Positions 32,862 to 44,571 of a stretch of 64,000 nt of DNA are shown piece by piece. Each line of letters starts with the position of its first letter. The stretch's first letter is position 1. Origin of the DNA: Histomonas meleagridis 2922-C6/04-290x (Eukaryota; Protista; Parabasalia); the NCBI GenBank assembly GCA_020184695.1, contig JAANOX010000268.1:1-64000 (forward strand), in the 5' to 3' direction. A model generated the notes under the pieces. That model searched no databases, was not told the DNA's origin, and saw only the letters and a list, made by a program, of their open reading frames with translations. The position numbers and the translations under genes are program-made.

Positions 32862-33962
32862 ATGATGTGTAGTAATCCTAAAGAAAATAATATCGATAAT
32901 CAAGTTAATAACCAAAATCAACTATTAATAAATCCAAACTTTCAAATAAACAACCAAAGTCAACCAGTTTCAAACATAAACATGCAATTGATTAATATAA
33001 ATTCACAATTATTTAATATAAATTCTCAGGTAATGAATGCAACACAGAAAGCAATGCACATAAGCTCACAAATAATGCAGCTAAGTCTTCAACTAAATCA
33101 AGAGCAGTTGAATGAGATTCCAAATCAACAAACAAATAATAACAAAATCATTCCTCAAAAAAAGCAACAAAGTAAACAGAATCCTAAAATTATAAGTCCA
33201 AATGAAATTAGGCAACCATTAAAATTGAATGGAATTCCTCATAAAGTTTGGGCTTTGAGCGACTTTCACTTACCAGGCAGTGGACAAAAAACAATGGACA
33301 AATATGGAGAAGTCTGGAAAAATCATCCAACCAAAATATTTCAATCAGTATCTCAACTCTGTTCACCAGAAGACATATTGCTTGTTCCTGGTGACATTAG
33401 TTGGGCTTCAAATCTTAAAGAAGCTGCGTCTGATTTAGAATTTATTGCATCATTACCATGTAAGGTCGTAATGTCAGAAGGAAATCATGATAACTGGGCT
33501 TCTAAATATAATGACTTGATTGCAGCACTTCCTAAAAATGCAGTTTGGGCACAAAGAGGATGTTATCAAATTGGAAATTTGGCAATCGTTTCAACGAGAT
33601 TATGGGACTTTGATGATGTTGTTTGGCCAGGAAAAATAAATTCACGGGCAGCAGATCCTGTTAAAATCCAAAATAGAGAAATAACAAGATTAGAAAATGC
33701 ATTGAAAAATCTTCCACAAAGTAACGACATAATTCGAATTCTAATGGTCCATTTCCCTCCGATTTCTTTTGATGCTTCACCAGGTCGAATTTCTGACATC
33801 ATTAACAAATATAACGTCGACTATTGTGTATATGGACATTTGCATGGTGAATCGGAAAAGGTTCCTGGAATGGACTGCGTTGTTGGGAAGACACGTTTCT
33901 TACTGACCTCTAGCGATTGGTTGAAAATGACACCAATCGAAGTTTGCGAGTTCATGACATAA
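32862..33962 (+). CDS. Calcineurin-like metallophosphoesterase (bacterial-type) with Q/N-rich N-terminus
   Basis: SDFH, PGDISWA, EGNHD, MVHFPP and YGHLHG motifs; about 115 aa N/Q-rich extension. Confidence 0.88.
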   Translation: MMCSNPKENNIDNQVNNQNQLLINPNFQINNQSQPVSNINMQLININSQLFNINSQVMNATQKAMHISSQIMQLSLQLNQEQLNEIPNQQTNNNKIIPQKKQQSKQNPKIISPNEIRQPLKLNGIPHKVWALSDFHLPGSGQKTMDKYGEVWKNHPTKIFQSVSQLCSPEDILLVPGDISWASNLKEAASDLEFIASLPCKVVMSEGNHDNWASKYNDLIAALPKNAVWAQRGCYQIGNLAIVSTRLWDFDDVVWPGKINSRAADPVKIQNREITRLENALKNLPQSNDIIRILMVHFPPISFDASPGRISDIINKYNVDYCVYGHLHGESEKVPGMDCVVGKTRFLLTSSDWLKMTPIEVCEFMT

Positions 33963-34741
33963 TCACATCAAGTATTGGTGACTTCACTTACTTTTTTGTA
34001 TAAACTATATAATTTTGACTTTTTGCAGAAATAACTGATGATTTTATCAATTTTTTAACGCTTATAAGGTTCACAGAAGGATATAATTTGTTGTTAGAAT
34101 GATTCAAAATTATAGTGTATTGTATTTCATTGATGTAATTATCTAAATTTTGGTTAAATATACATTCTCAGTTTTATGTTTGATTGCTTGATTTTGTTCC
34201 TTACTGAGAGGCGTGTCTCTTTAAAAAAATGTTTCATAATGGATAAATTTAATTTATGCATAAAAGGACAGCAAATGAAAACTAAGTGATGCTTTATAAA
34301 TCCACTTAAGATTATTCTTCATTTAAAAGACTAAACACTTAGAAAACTTCAAATAGTTTAAAAGTTATTTCAAGGATTCTAATAAGATTACTATTCTTTA
34401 AATATTTCATCAATCCAAATGTGTTTAAAAGCATGAAATATATTAAATTTACATGATATACTAAAGAAGGCTATTAAATCTAAACAGTTAAAATGCCTGC
34501 AATTTCAAATTATCAACTTATCACAATATAATTTTTTCCATAAATTATCCATTCCTTATCTTATTTCTAAAATATATTTTAGAAACATATGTTTTTCTTA
34601 TTAGTTTTGAATAAATTAATAACTAAAGCATTTATATTATTGTTATTAATTTATTTTACAATATGTTGAGAGTTTTTTATTTTTATGCTTAGTTCTGTAT
34701 AAAAACGAAATATTTTTATGGGTTTAAAAAAAATTTAAAGG

Positions 34742-35458
34742 ATGTTCACAAAAATTTTGCACAACTCTTCCCCTGAGAATGAAATGACATCTGAAGTTCA
34801 TAGAGAACCTTTTGTTAAATATAATCCAGCATTTTTATTCTATTTTGTTGCAATAGTTCCGATTTTAACCATTGGTATATCTTTATTATTTTATTATATC
34901 AATCATCATAATGTTATTAGATACTTTCCATCAATCTTAGAATTTGCTATTTTAATGCCTGAAAGAAGAATATTTTCTGTTGGGATGAATACTGTTTCAT
35001 GGCTTTCTATCCCTATATTCCTTTTATTTTATAGAATTTTTGGCCATTGTTTGGAATTTTCTTATTGTTTTAAATATACATATATTCTCAGTAGTTGTGT
35101 TTCATTCTTTTCTTTATTAGCATTATCTTCAGTTACACTAAGAGAATCAAAAGTAACAAATCAATTATTTGCTTTTTTATTTTCAGTAGCAATTTTGATT
35201 TTTATATTTACAGTCGACTATGGAATTCAAATTGCAAGTTTTCAAACATCAAACATCAGAGGATATGGATTGGACATTGCATCATTAATTCTCTTAGCTT
35301 TAAGTGTTATTCTTAAAATTTTTAATGAAAATGTTTCTAAGTCTATTGGTTTTATTCTTCAATTTTTAGGGTTTTCTATCATTTCTTTTAAATTTCTTGA
35401 TTTTTATTCAAGATTTCCAAAATCTTCAATTATTCTCATTAAAAAACCTACACAATAA
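34742..35458 (+). CDS. Multi-pass membrane protein, Frag1/DRAM/Sfk1-like
   Basis: About six hydrophobic helices; FPSI...AILMPERRIFS resembles the P.IS....PE..IF motif. Confidence 0.6.
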   Translation: MFTKILHNSSPENEMTSEVHREPFVKYNPAFLFYFVAIVPILTIGISLLFYYINHHNVIRYFPSILEFAILMPERRIFSVGMNTVSWLSIPIFLLFYRIFGHCLEFSYCFKYTYILSSCVSFFSLLALSSVTLRESKVTNQLFAFLFSVAILIFIFTVDYGIQIASFQTSNIRGYGLDIASLILLALSVILKIFNENVSKSIGFILQFLGFSIISFKFLDFYSRFPKSSIILIKKPTQ

Positions 35459-35566
35459 TTACAATAACTAAACAATACATTATTTTATGTAAATTTGTTT
35501 TTTTAAAAAAGGAAATTCGACTTCTTGATAAAAATGAAATATCATCAGAAGAATGCACTTTTTATA

Positions 35567-35629
35567 AACCGCTGACGATAAGGGTAATATATGATAAAAT
35601 TACCCTTATAGCGGTTATGGTCCTCCTTT
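35567..35629 (+). promoter_or_regulatory. M3 + M5 core promoter of the ribosomal protein gene, inside an inverted repeat
   Basis: AGCGGTTA (M3 consensus DRCSGYTD) starting at 35610 and CCTTT (M5) at 35625-35629 just before ATG 35633; inverted arms ATAAGGGTAAT/ATTACCCTTAT flanked by AACCGCT/AGCGGTT. Confidence 0.7.
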
Positions 35630-35632
35630 TAA

Positions 35633-35962
35633 ATGTCTGCAGAACCAAAGCTTTGGGTTAGCGCAGTTTTCACATCATTCCGCCGTAGCAAACGTCAAAT
35701 CAATCCAAACCAAGCACTTCTTCAAATCTCTGGTGTTAACTCAAAGGAAGAAGCCAAATTCTATGTTGGAAAGAAAGTTGCTTCATATGTTAAAGCTAAA
35801 GTTGGTAAAGATGGCAAAAAGATAGAAGCACACATCAACTGGGGTGTCATTACCCAACCACATGGAAACAGTGGTGTTGTTCGTGCAAAGTTTGATCGCA
35901 ATCTCCCACCAATAATGCTTGGCAAAAAGGTTCGTGTTATGCTTTTCCCAAGCAACATCTAA
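35633..35962 (+). CDS. RPL35A: 60S ribosomal protein L35a (eL33)
   Basis: RQINPNQALLQISGV...FYVGKKVA...WGVITQPHGNSGVVRAKF..NLPP...GKKVRVMLFPSNI. Confidence 0.97.
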   Translation: MSAEPKLWVSAVFTSFRRSKRQINPNQALLQISGVNSKEEAKFYVGKKVASYVKAKVGKDGKKIEAHINWGVITQPHGNSGVVRAKFDRNLPPIMLGKKVRVMLFPSNI

Positions 35963-36026
35963 ACAGTGGATTAATATAACTTTTTCTTTTTTTTTAAAAA
36001 AAATCTGATAACATTTATTAACAATT

Positions 36027-37157
36027 TTAATCTAAAGGAAACATTTTTTCATAAACATAAGCCTGCGCAATTAATTCATCTATTTTATCATCCCATATTT
36101 CTGGTGGTATCATTTGGATGAAAGTATTTATTTCTGATTGAGAGAGACCGTTTAATTTTGGCGCTAAAACCGATAGCATTGATGCGCACAAGTAAACTAA
36201 AGAAGGCCCAATTCTGGTATGATGACATACTAAAGTATCCCATATCCTAAAAAGTTGCTCAAATTTAAATTCTCGGACAAGCAAACAATTCATCCATCGA
36301 AAAGCAAATGTAATATAATTAACATTTTCTTTTTCAAGCCATGAATGAAGCTCGCTTTCAACCACAGCTGTAATGGTTTTAAGTTGGTCAATCATTCGAA
36401 ATATTCCAGGTTGACCTTTTGTGAATAGATCTTGAATTCCATCAAGCATAGTATTGAAACACCAAAAACAATCTGCTTCAATTTCTTTCATGTCATCTCC
36501 TGTGATAAAGTCGATATCATCCTTTTGAAGAATATCTTCAAGTGGATCATTTGGAAAATATGGAGTCAAAAAGAGTAGAAAAAAGGGAGCAAGTATGTCG
36601 TTCATACCCTGCACATACCCAGAAGCAGGATGACGAATGGCCCAAACAAATAATACGTGTTTGAAAATTTCTTGAATTCTTTCATTATGGATAAGTTTAA
36701 ATCCTGTACGTGGAAGATCAATCTGTATTTGGTGAATGATCTGATTTTGTGATACTGTCCATGTTTTTTGTAATGATGGATCAAATAATCTGTTTAAATT
36801 ATCAAAATAATATTTTCTCTTTTGTGCAAGTAATGCCTGTGATTGTTCGGAATTAATAGGTTCGTAATCTAAAAGCAAACGATAAATACGTGGACGATAT
36901 TTTGATGGAAACCCATTCCAAGCGATAGATTTAAGTTGTTCTACATCAGCAATAGGTTTTGATAGAATAGATTCAAATGTTTGCATTTTTTGTTGGATTT
37001 TATTTTTTTCCTTAATCTTGGAATCTTGGATTTTTTGATTGGGCTTAAGATTAATATCATTAGGTCGTATTGGTTTTTGTGCTTCGTTAGAAACATTTTT
37101 ATCTGTTTTATTACCGAAAATTCCCAATCCAAAAAATCCTCTCATTATTGATTCCAT
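36027..37157 (-). CDS. Rab-GAP TBC protein (TBC1D22/Gyp1-like)
   Basis: QIQIDLPRT, SGYVQGMNDI, EADCFWCF and FAFRWMNCLLVREF; first ATG at 37157. Confidence 0.93.
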   Translation of the reverse strand: MESIMRGFFGLGIFGNKTDKNVSNEAQKPIRPNDINLKPNQKIQDSKIKEKNKIQQKMQTFESILSKPIADVEQLKSIAWNGFPSKYRPRIYRLLLDYEPINSEQSQALLAQKRKYYFDNLNRLFDPSLQKTWTVSQNQIIHQIQIDLPRTGFKLIHNERIQEIFKHVLFVWAIRHPASGYVQGMNDILAPFFLLFLTPYFPNDPLEDILQKDDIDFITGDDMKEIEADCFWCFNTMLDGIQDLFTKGQPGIFRMIDQLKTITAVVESELHSWLEKENVNYITFAFRWMNCLLVREFKFEQLFRIWDTLVCHHTRIGPSLVYLCASMLSVLAPKLNGLSQSEINTFIQMIPPEIWDDKIDELIAQAYVYEKMFPLD

Positions 37158-37871
37158 TAAAGAGTTCAAAAACTTTCAGCCTCAAAAAAGTAAAAAAATG
37201 ACGCACCTTACGATGGGGCACACCGATGATCAATTTTTCAGTAAAATACACGTATCGGAATAATTTTCTACAGTTTACAAATGATAAAAGATTAGGAAAA
37301 CAAAACTTCTCTGTTTTTCATGTTATACATGATATTTCTTGAAATGTAGTAATACAGAGTTAACAATATGATGGTAGATTAAGAATCACTATTCAAAATT
37401 GAAATGATTAGATTTTTTTGACAATTTAATTTCAAATATTTTTATGAAAATGTTGAAAATAAGTCTGTTTGGAGAATTTATCTGAACATAATACGCATTT
37501 ATTCCTAAGAATGTTCATCCATTTTTGTGTCACTTTTATCTCAAGGTGGCCAAACACCGAATTCAATGGCTTCTTGAAAGTCAGGCGATCGGTTAAATAC
37601 AAAGGTTAATGATGTGATATAAATATTAATTTTCCATGATTAAAAAGAATTATAATTAGAATATTATATAATAATTTAATAGCATAAGTATTGATTTTAT
37701 TTTATTAAATAATTTTTTTGATTATTTAAGTTTGATGAGAAATTTATATTTTAAATTTTGTTAAGTTGTTGTATGTTACACAATTTTCTGGGCGCGGTAC
37801 GACATTTTCTTTCAATTTTTTTTGTTCATCGTTTCCAAAAACGATGAAATTAAAAAGTGGCACATTCATTC

Positions 37872-39359
37872 ATGGATAGCTCCAAGTTCGTCCATACTGA
37901 GATTGTTGACCAAGAAGTCTTAAATAACACGATTAATCTTTGCCGAGAAAGAGACATTATCCTTCCAACATTCAAACAATTAGCCCATCCAGAATTAATC
38001 CCACCAAAGATTGTTGAAAAACTTAAGTCCATTGATCTTTGGGCTACTAACCCACTAAACCTCTTCCGTATTAGCTGGCACAACGATACAGAAACCGGTG
38101 GTTTTGGCGATGTTAATACTGTTGAAATTCCACCAGAATTATCCGGAGTCAAGTGCCCAATTTATGTTCTTATTGGTAAGAAGTTCCCAACAGGTTGCCA
38201 CAAAGTTGGTGCTACATTTGGTCCACTTGTTTCCCGTCTTGTTCGTGGTGCATTTGACCCAACCAAACAAAAGGCACTTTGGCCATCCACTGGTAACTAT
38301 TGCCGTGGTGGTGCCTTCAACTCCAAGCTTCTTGGTTGCACAGCCATTGCAGTTCTTCCAGAAATGATGTCCAAGGAACGTTTCGATTGGCTCAAAGAAA
38401 TTGGTGCCACTGTTTATGCCACCCCAGGCTGTGAATCCAATGTCAAAGAAATCTTTGATAAAGCCAAAGAACTTACACATGACAATCCAGGAGTTGTTGT
38501 CAATCTTAACCAATTCGAAGAACTTACTAACCCACTCTTCCACTATCATGTTACAGGTCCAGCCATTGAAGAAGTCTATGAGAAGCATAAGAAAGAAGGA
38601 AGCCGTCTTGCAGCATGCTGCTTCAACCAAGGCTCAGCAGGTACACTTGCATGCGGCATGTATCTCCACAAGAAGTTCCCCAAGATGTTACTTGGATGCT
38701 CAGAAGCACTTCAATGCCCAACACTTCTTAACAATGGATTCGGTGACCACCGTATTGAAGGTATTGGCGACAAACACGTTCCATGGATTCTTAATGCCAA
38801 AGATCAAGATGTACTTTTAGCCATTGATGATGAAGCATGCATGCAAATCTTCCGTGTCTTCAACACACCCGAAGGTAAGGCCATGTTAGAGAAGAGAGGC
38901 ATCAAGCCCGAGAAGATTAAGGAACTCGAATACTTGGGTATCTCTGGCATTGCTAATGTTCTTGGTGTTATTAAGATGGCCAAACATTTCGAATTCACTG
39001 AAAAGGATATTTGTTGCACAGTTGCGACAGATTCTGCTATCATGTACACATCCAGAATTAAGGAACTTGAAGAGAAGCATGGAAAGTATTCAGAAGAACA
39101 AGCATTTGCTGATTACTTTAGATACATGTTAGGCCAAACTGATGATAACTTGGAAGAGTTAACATACAGCACAAGAAGGAGGATTCATAACTTGAAATAT
39201 TACACTTGGATCGAACAACAAGGTAAAACTATAGAAGAACTGAACGCTCAATGGTATAACGATGACTATTGGGACAAGCAAATGGACGTTGCTAATGCTA
39301 TCGATGTCTTAATTAATGATTTCAATGAAAAGACTGGACTCCTCAAGAAATACGAGTAA
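37872..39359 (+). CDS. PLP-dependent fold-type II enzyme (cysteine synthase/TrpB-beta superfamily), bacterial-like
   Basis: FPTGCHKVGA (PLP lysine), PSTGNYCRGGA, QGSAGT and IEGIGDK; Inr-like TCATTC directly before ATG 37872; strongly biased codon usage. Confidence 0.88.
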   Translation: MDSSKFVHTEIVDQEVLNNTINLCRERDIILPTFKQLAHPELIPPKIVEKLKSIDLWATNPLNLFRISWHNDTETGGFGDVNTVEIPPELSGVKCPIYVLIGKKFPTGCHKVGATFGPLVSRLVRGAFDPTKQKALWPSTGNYCRGGAFNSKLLGCTAIAVLPEMMSKERFDWLKEIGATVYATPGCESNVKEIFDKAKELTHDNPGVVVNLNQFEELTNPLFHYHVTGPAIEEVYEKHKKEGSRLAACCFNQGSAGTLACGMYLHKKFPKMLLGCSEALQCPTLLNNGFGDHRIEGIGDKHVPWILNAKDQDVLLAIDDEACMQIFRVFNTPEGKAMLEKRGIKPEKIKELEYLGISGIANVLGVIKMAKHFEFTEKDICCTVATDSAIMYTSRIKELEEKHGKYSEEQAFADYFRYMLGQTDDNLEELTYSTRRRIHNLKYYTWIEQQGKTIEELNAQWYNDDYWDKQMDVANAIDVLINDFNEKTGLLKKYE

Positions 39360-39572
39360 AAAATCAGTTATTGATTAGTTTTGAACCAATTGTTTGTTTA
39401 CATGTAATAAATCCATAAAACTTTCATAATATAAAATCTTTTTATATTCGCTGGCCAAGAACACAATTTGAGTTTTTATACGAATTGAATGTGTTGTTCC
39501 CCACTTTTCCCGTTCAAATTTTGTGAATTTACATTGAATCAACGCTAAAAACGAACTGTGAAGGAACCAAAG

Positions 39573-40922
39573 ATGTCTCAAAAAAGACAAAAAGAAACAT
39601 TGGATACAAAGCAGTCTTCTTTAGATCAAGAATCACAGCATGGATACTCATCACAAAGTGATTCTTCAACTACAAGCCAAGGTAGTGATTATTCTGAAAA
39701 TTCTCAACCTTCACCAACTCCAGAAAATGCACCTGATCATATCCCAAAGCCAAATAAGTCAAAAAAACATAAAACTAAAAAAATTACTGTGGTTAAAGTA
39801 CGCTATGTTAAGCGAGTTTTAAATAAGCGAAAGCCCTTCAAGAGAAGTTCTTCTGCAAACGTAAGTCCACCTTCTCAACCACCCTTAGTAAGTGAAGATG
39901 ATCCAGCGAATTCCAAATTTCTTCAAACTGATCATTCTTCTGATTCATTTAAAGTTGATCGCTATGGTTGGGTCATCGATTCGTCAGCCAGTAAAACCGA
40001 TTCAAAGCTTCTTAAAGAAGAATCCAAGAAAGAAGAAATGCGCGAGTCGAAATGGATTGAAATGACAAATAATTGGAATCTTTATTCAACCAAATATCAC
40101 AAAGTAGTCGAACGACGAGTTATTAAAGGTATTCCTGACTGTTTCCGCTCACTTGCATGGAGCTTAATGCTTGAACCTGACGTAATCCATGTTGGCCAAT
40201 TAGAAAGTATTGATTATTACTATAATTTAGGAGTTTCACCAAGTGATCATACGATACTTGTGGACATCCCAAGAACTATGCCTAAGGTTCCAATCTTTAA
40301 ACAAAAGTCATTTCGTGTATCATTGTATCGAGTATTACGTGCATATAGTAATTATGATAAAGAATTGGGTTATTACCAAGGAAACAGCTTCCTTGCTGCA
40401 ATGCTTATGAATTATATGGACGAAGATACAGTGTTTAGATGCTTCGTCGGAATAATGAGAGGCCAAAAACATATGTTAAGAAGTTTCTATTTGCACGAAT
40501 TTGAAATGTTGAAAAAGATTAGCTTAGTTTGGGAGCAATTGTTGAAGATCAAATACCCAAAGGTTTATGAACAAACCAAAAAAATGAATCTAGATCATAT
40601 GTTATATACTCCTACATGGTTCCTAGCAGCTTTCTTGAACTTACCGCTTGATCCAGTGGTGAAGCTAAGGATTTTCGACAGGTTCTTGTTCATGGGCACA
40701 AGGGCGTTGTTGTCATTTGGACTTGCAATCGTTGGACTGAATCATAAAGTATTGAAAAGTGGGGGTTTTGAAAAAGTGTTACCTTTGCTGCAAGACCCAA
40801 CAGCACATTCAGAAAGTATGAAGAATTGGAGGCAAATAATTAAGGCATATGATGACAATATGATAACAGAGAAAGAATATAGAACAGCATTTGAATTGGC
40901 AAAGGTTGACCTCATCCCATGA
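39573..40922 (+). CDS. Rab-GAP TBC protein
   Basis: DRYGW, KGIPDCFRSLAW, ILVDIPRT, GYYQGNSF and YTPTWFL. Confidence 0.93.
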   Translation: MSQKRQKETLDTKQSSLDQESQHGYSSQSDSSTTSQGSDYSENSQPSPTPENAPDHIPKPNKSKKHKTKKITVVKVRYVKRVLNKRKPFKRSSSANVSPPSQPPLVSEDDPANSKFLQTDHSSDSFKVDRYGWVIDSSASKTDSKLLKEESKKEEMRESKWIEMTNNWNLYSTKYHKVVERRVIKGIPDCFRSLAWSLMLEPDVIHVGQLESIDYYYNLGVSPSDHTILVDIPRTMPKVPIFKQKSFRVSLYRVLRAYSNYDKELGYYQGNSFLAAMLMNYMDEDTVFRCFVGIMRGQKHMLRSFYLHEFEMLKKISLVWEQLLKIKYPKVYEQTKKMNLDHMLYTPTWFLAAFLNLPLDPVVKLRIFDRFLFMGTRALLSFGLAIVGLNHKVLKSGGFEKVLPLLQDPTAHSESMKNWRQIIKAYDDNMITEKEYRTAFELAKVDLIP

Positions 40923-42758
40923 GTTATATAACGTATTATAAAGATAGAAAATGACTTTTAATTTGAAATATTTCCTTTTGAGTAATAATTCATTAGTTTT
41001 TATCTTCATGTTCAATCTGATTTTAATTACTTATAAAAATTTATTTTGCAATTTTTTAAAAATAAAATAGACATTTGATGATACGCCTTCTAAACGATGA
41101 AATTCGGTTTAAAAATTACAAGAAACAATCACTTCTAATAATGTCATTTATCTCATGAATTATTAAAAAGATAACTTTAAGTTTTAAGTGGGAGTATGAA
41201 ATTTAATATTTTCGTAAATTTTTGAAACGTCTGTAATAAATCTAAATTCTAATAAAGTAATTGTTAATTACAATTATTTAGGTCAAAGTTCCACCACTTC
41301 AGATATACAGAGTAAAGCTCGAAAAAAAAAATAGAAGAAAATCATAATTGCTAATATTTTTATCCCTCTTTAAAAGCATTTTCAACCCTATGAAAGCTTT
41401 AGTTTTTTGAATTTTATGTAAGAAGGTTTAATAACGAATTAAACATTACGAAGTAAATTCACTTGAATTCAAGTGTTAGATAAGAAATTTATATTGATAT
41501 GCAACTTTATAATTCAAGTAGTATACATGTGATTAAATAAGTGTTGCTAATGCTATTTGTTATTTATAACAATGAACATATGATAATTCAAATAATTTTG
41601 AAATTTTATATGAATATAATATAAACTTTACCTCAAATATTGATCATAGTGAAGAAAGTCTCTTTGTAAATGACACCAAAAATATCTTTTAATAACAATT
41701 CAATTTTTTAAAAAAAATTGTAAATAACAAAAATACTCTTCATAAAATTGAAAGACTGCAAATATTTTGGGTTCACATGAGGAAACTCTAAAAAAGTAAT
41801 TCATTTGATATATTATAAATATTTCATAAAAAGAAAAGAAATAATGAATTGATATCAAAAATCTTAGGATTAATTTTTCAAAGAATTCTTGAACCGCCCC
41901 AAATCCACTTTTCTTATGAATTCATTCAAAAATTTGAAAATTTTTTGAAAAAAGAAAATATAAATTTATCACAAGATTTTATAAGGAAATTTATTTTAAA
42001 ATCCGTAATACAATCATATGCTATGTAGATATTATTAATTAATAATTTAAAACAGTGTTTTAAATATAAATAAAAGATATATTCATTTTACTTATTTTGC
42101 GAGGTTTTTCAGAGTTGATATTTGCAAATATTTCATTTGAATGGGAGACGTTATTTAGAGTTTCCGAAATAATCTCAAAAAGATCTTTTTGTGGTTTAAT
42201 TTTTCAATTGTATTCAATGCTTTGATATGTCTTTTTCAGAATTTCATTCAATTTTTATAGCGTGATTATCAACTAGCAATTTCGATTGAAGTAAAATTAT
42301 TATACATGTTTGATATTCTAAATATATAACAACACGAAAAATCTCCAATAATAAGTAATAGAAGTACATTATATCATGATTCAACTTGTTCAAACAAATA
42401 ATTTCCTTTTTTTGGAAATTTTACAACAGTTCAAAAAATTGAGAACAATTTACGGTTTCCTCTGTGTTTCGTTAATGAAATAGGTTTTGTTAACCAGTTT
42501 TTGAATAGAATATATTCATATTAAAAAATATGTTTTTAGCGCATTGCAGCAAATTAAAGACATGATAAATGAATGAATAATTATATCTATTATGTAGTTA
42601 TCATTTTTAATTGATCTTAGTAAAAAAATTTAATAAAATATTTCGATATTTTTCTAGTTGCAATTTGGTTGTAAAGGAGATCAATCTTTTTCTATTGAAT
42701 AATTGAATACTTTTTGAATATTGAGGTGATCCGCTGCGCATTGAACGACAAAGCTAGG

Positions 42759-44012
42759 ATGGATTGTGTCAACACTGTTTTAGGGGCCTTTCTTCCTTTG
42801 TTGAATATCCCCCTTAACGAATTCGAACAAATCGGAAAAGAGAAGTATCCACTCCCAACTTTTGTTGGTGAGATAGTCCAACAAATTCTTGATAACTCGA
42901 TTATTCTTTTTCAGTGTCTACCAAACGTTCTCAAGCTCGAAGGAAATATTTACGTTATCGGTGACATTCATGGAAATATCCGTGATTTAATCAGAATATT
43001 TAATTATTGCCAGCCAAAACCTCCTGGCTCAAAGTTTCTTTTTCTAGGTGACTACGTAGACAGAGGCGAATACTCTGTTGAAGTCATTCTTCTCTTACTT
43101 GCAATGGCTCTCAGATATCCAGAAAACATATTTTTACTTCGAGGTAATCATGAATACGAAGCAGTTAATTCTCACTATGGATTCAAAGATCAAGTCATGT
43201 CTATCTATGGCTCCAAAGTGATTTATGAAAAATTCCAAAAAGTATTTTCACATCTTCCAATCGCAGCCGTTATAGCAGAAAAGACATTTTGCGTTCACGG
43301 CGGATTGTCGCCACATTTGGGCAACATCAGTGTTCTTGATACACTTGATCGTACACAAGATCCGCCCTGTCAACTTATTATTGACATAATGTGGTCAGAT
43401 CCATCAGTTCTCACAGAAACATTTATGGACTCAGCTCGAGGCAATGGTTGTTGTTTTGGGATTACTGCAATCAATGAGTTTTGTGCAATAAATAAATTTG
43501 TCAGAGTAATCAGAGCCCATCAGTTTACTAAATCGGGTATTTCCAAAGTAGGCAATAATCTGATAACAGTATTTTCCACCTGCAATTACAAAGGCGAAGG
43601 AAGTAATCAAGCCGGAATCATCAAAGTTTTGAAGGATAATCAAATCGAAACTTTTGCATTTCTTCCAATTTCAACACTTCCAAGGTCTAACGCATGCTTT
43701 AAGCGTGTTAGATTCGAAAGAACATTAAAGTCATTGAATTCATTTCGAATCATTCTCCCATTCAGATCTGGATCCCGTAACACAAAAACACTTCCAACAT
43801 CATTCACAACCTCAGATATACCAAAAACACAACACACAAAAGAACGGCGTGCAACAGGTGGAGTATATGCATCGAAATCATTTATCAGAGAAAGCTCGTC
43901 ATGCAAAAGCGATGACATTAATCAGTTCTCTTTGCCAAGAGGGCTCAGCGAGTTGCCAATTATCAGAGAAGTGCCAAGTAATATCAATTTTAATACAACT
44001 GATAAAATTTAA
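42759..44012 (+). CDS. Ser/Thr protein phosphatase (PPP family, PP1-like) with C-terminal extension
   Basis: GDIHG, GDYVDRG, LRGNHE, VHGG and RAHQ motifs; first ATG at 42759. Confidence 0.95.
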   Translation: MDCVNTVLGAFLPLLNIPLNEFEQIGKEKYPLPTFVGEIVQQILDNSIILFQCLPNVLKLEGNIYVIGDIHGNIRDLIRIFNYCQPKPPGSKFLFLGDYVDRGEYSVEVILLLLAMALRYPENIFLLRGNHEYEAVNSHYGFKDQVMSIYGSKVIYEKFQKVFSHLPIAAVIAEKTFCVHGGLSPHLGNISVLDTLDRTQDPPCQLIIDIMWSDPSVLTETFMDSARGNGCCFGITAINEFCAINKFVRVIRAHQFTKSGISKVGNNLITVFSTCNYKGEGSNQAGIIKVLKDNQIETFAFLPISTLPRSNACFKRVRFERTLKSLNSFRIILPFRSGSRNTKTLPTSFTTSDIPKTQHTKERRATGGVYASKSFIRESSSCKSDDINQFSLPRGLSELPIIREVPSNINFNTTDKI

Positions 44013-44571
44013 TCAATGTGTGTTTAGTTTGTTGACTTGACTCGTTACATTGACTTTCGGTCTGTTGAATAAGTTAATATAATAAATTACGTTTTTATGA
44101 AGAAATTTGACATTTTAACACTTTCATAACTTCGGTTCAAATTGAACATCAACAAAAGTTATTTGAATTGTTTACAATGACATGTGTAGTGAAAAGCTTG
44201 TGTTATGTTGTAAATTTATCGTTAGATTTTGAATGAATTTCGTTCACAAAAAGTATTAATACGACCAAATAGCAATTCAAAATCATTTTAGCCCACATCT
44301 TTGTATACAAATGCAATTCAATAGTCCTTTACGATGTTGCAAGTGAGTGGTTGTTTCAAAACGTGCTTGAACAAATAAATAAAATACTTTATTTTAAGAA
44401 AATGTCTGTTTCGCCTCGTGTATCTCATTAAATAAAAGACATATTTGAATCGAGAAGGATCGAGCTTCGTTACGGTTTTGAACATGGAAAAATGAATCGA
44501 TAAAAAATATGTTTTGACTTTATAACTTTATAAATTATTCATATATTTCGTTTCATGTAATATTAAGTTTA

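Noticed and set aside
41000-42700. AT-rich stretch with short coding-like fragments (e.g. ILGLIFQRILEPPQIHFSYEF)
   Set aside because: No recognisable domain and many stops; it may be a decayed gene but cannot be supported.
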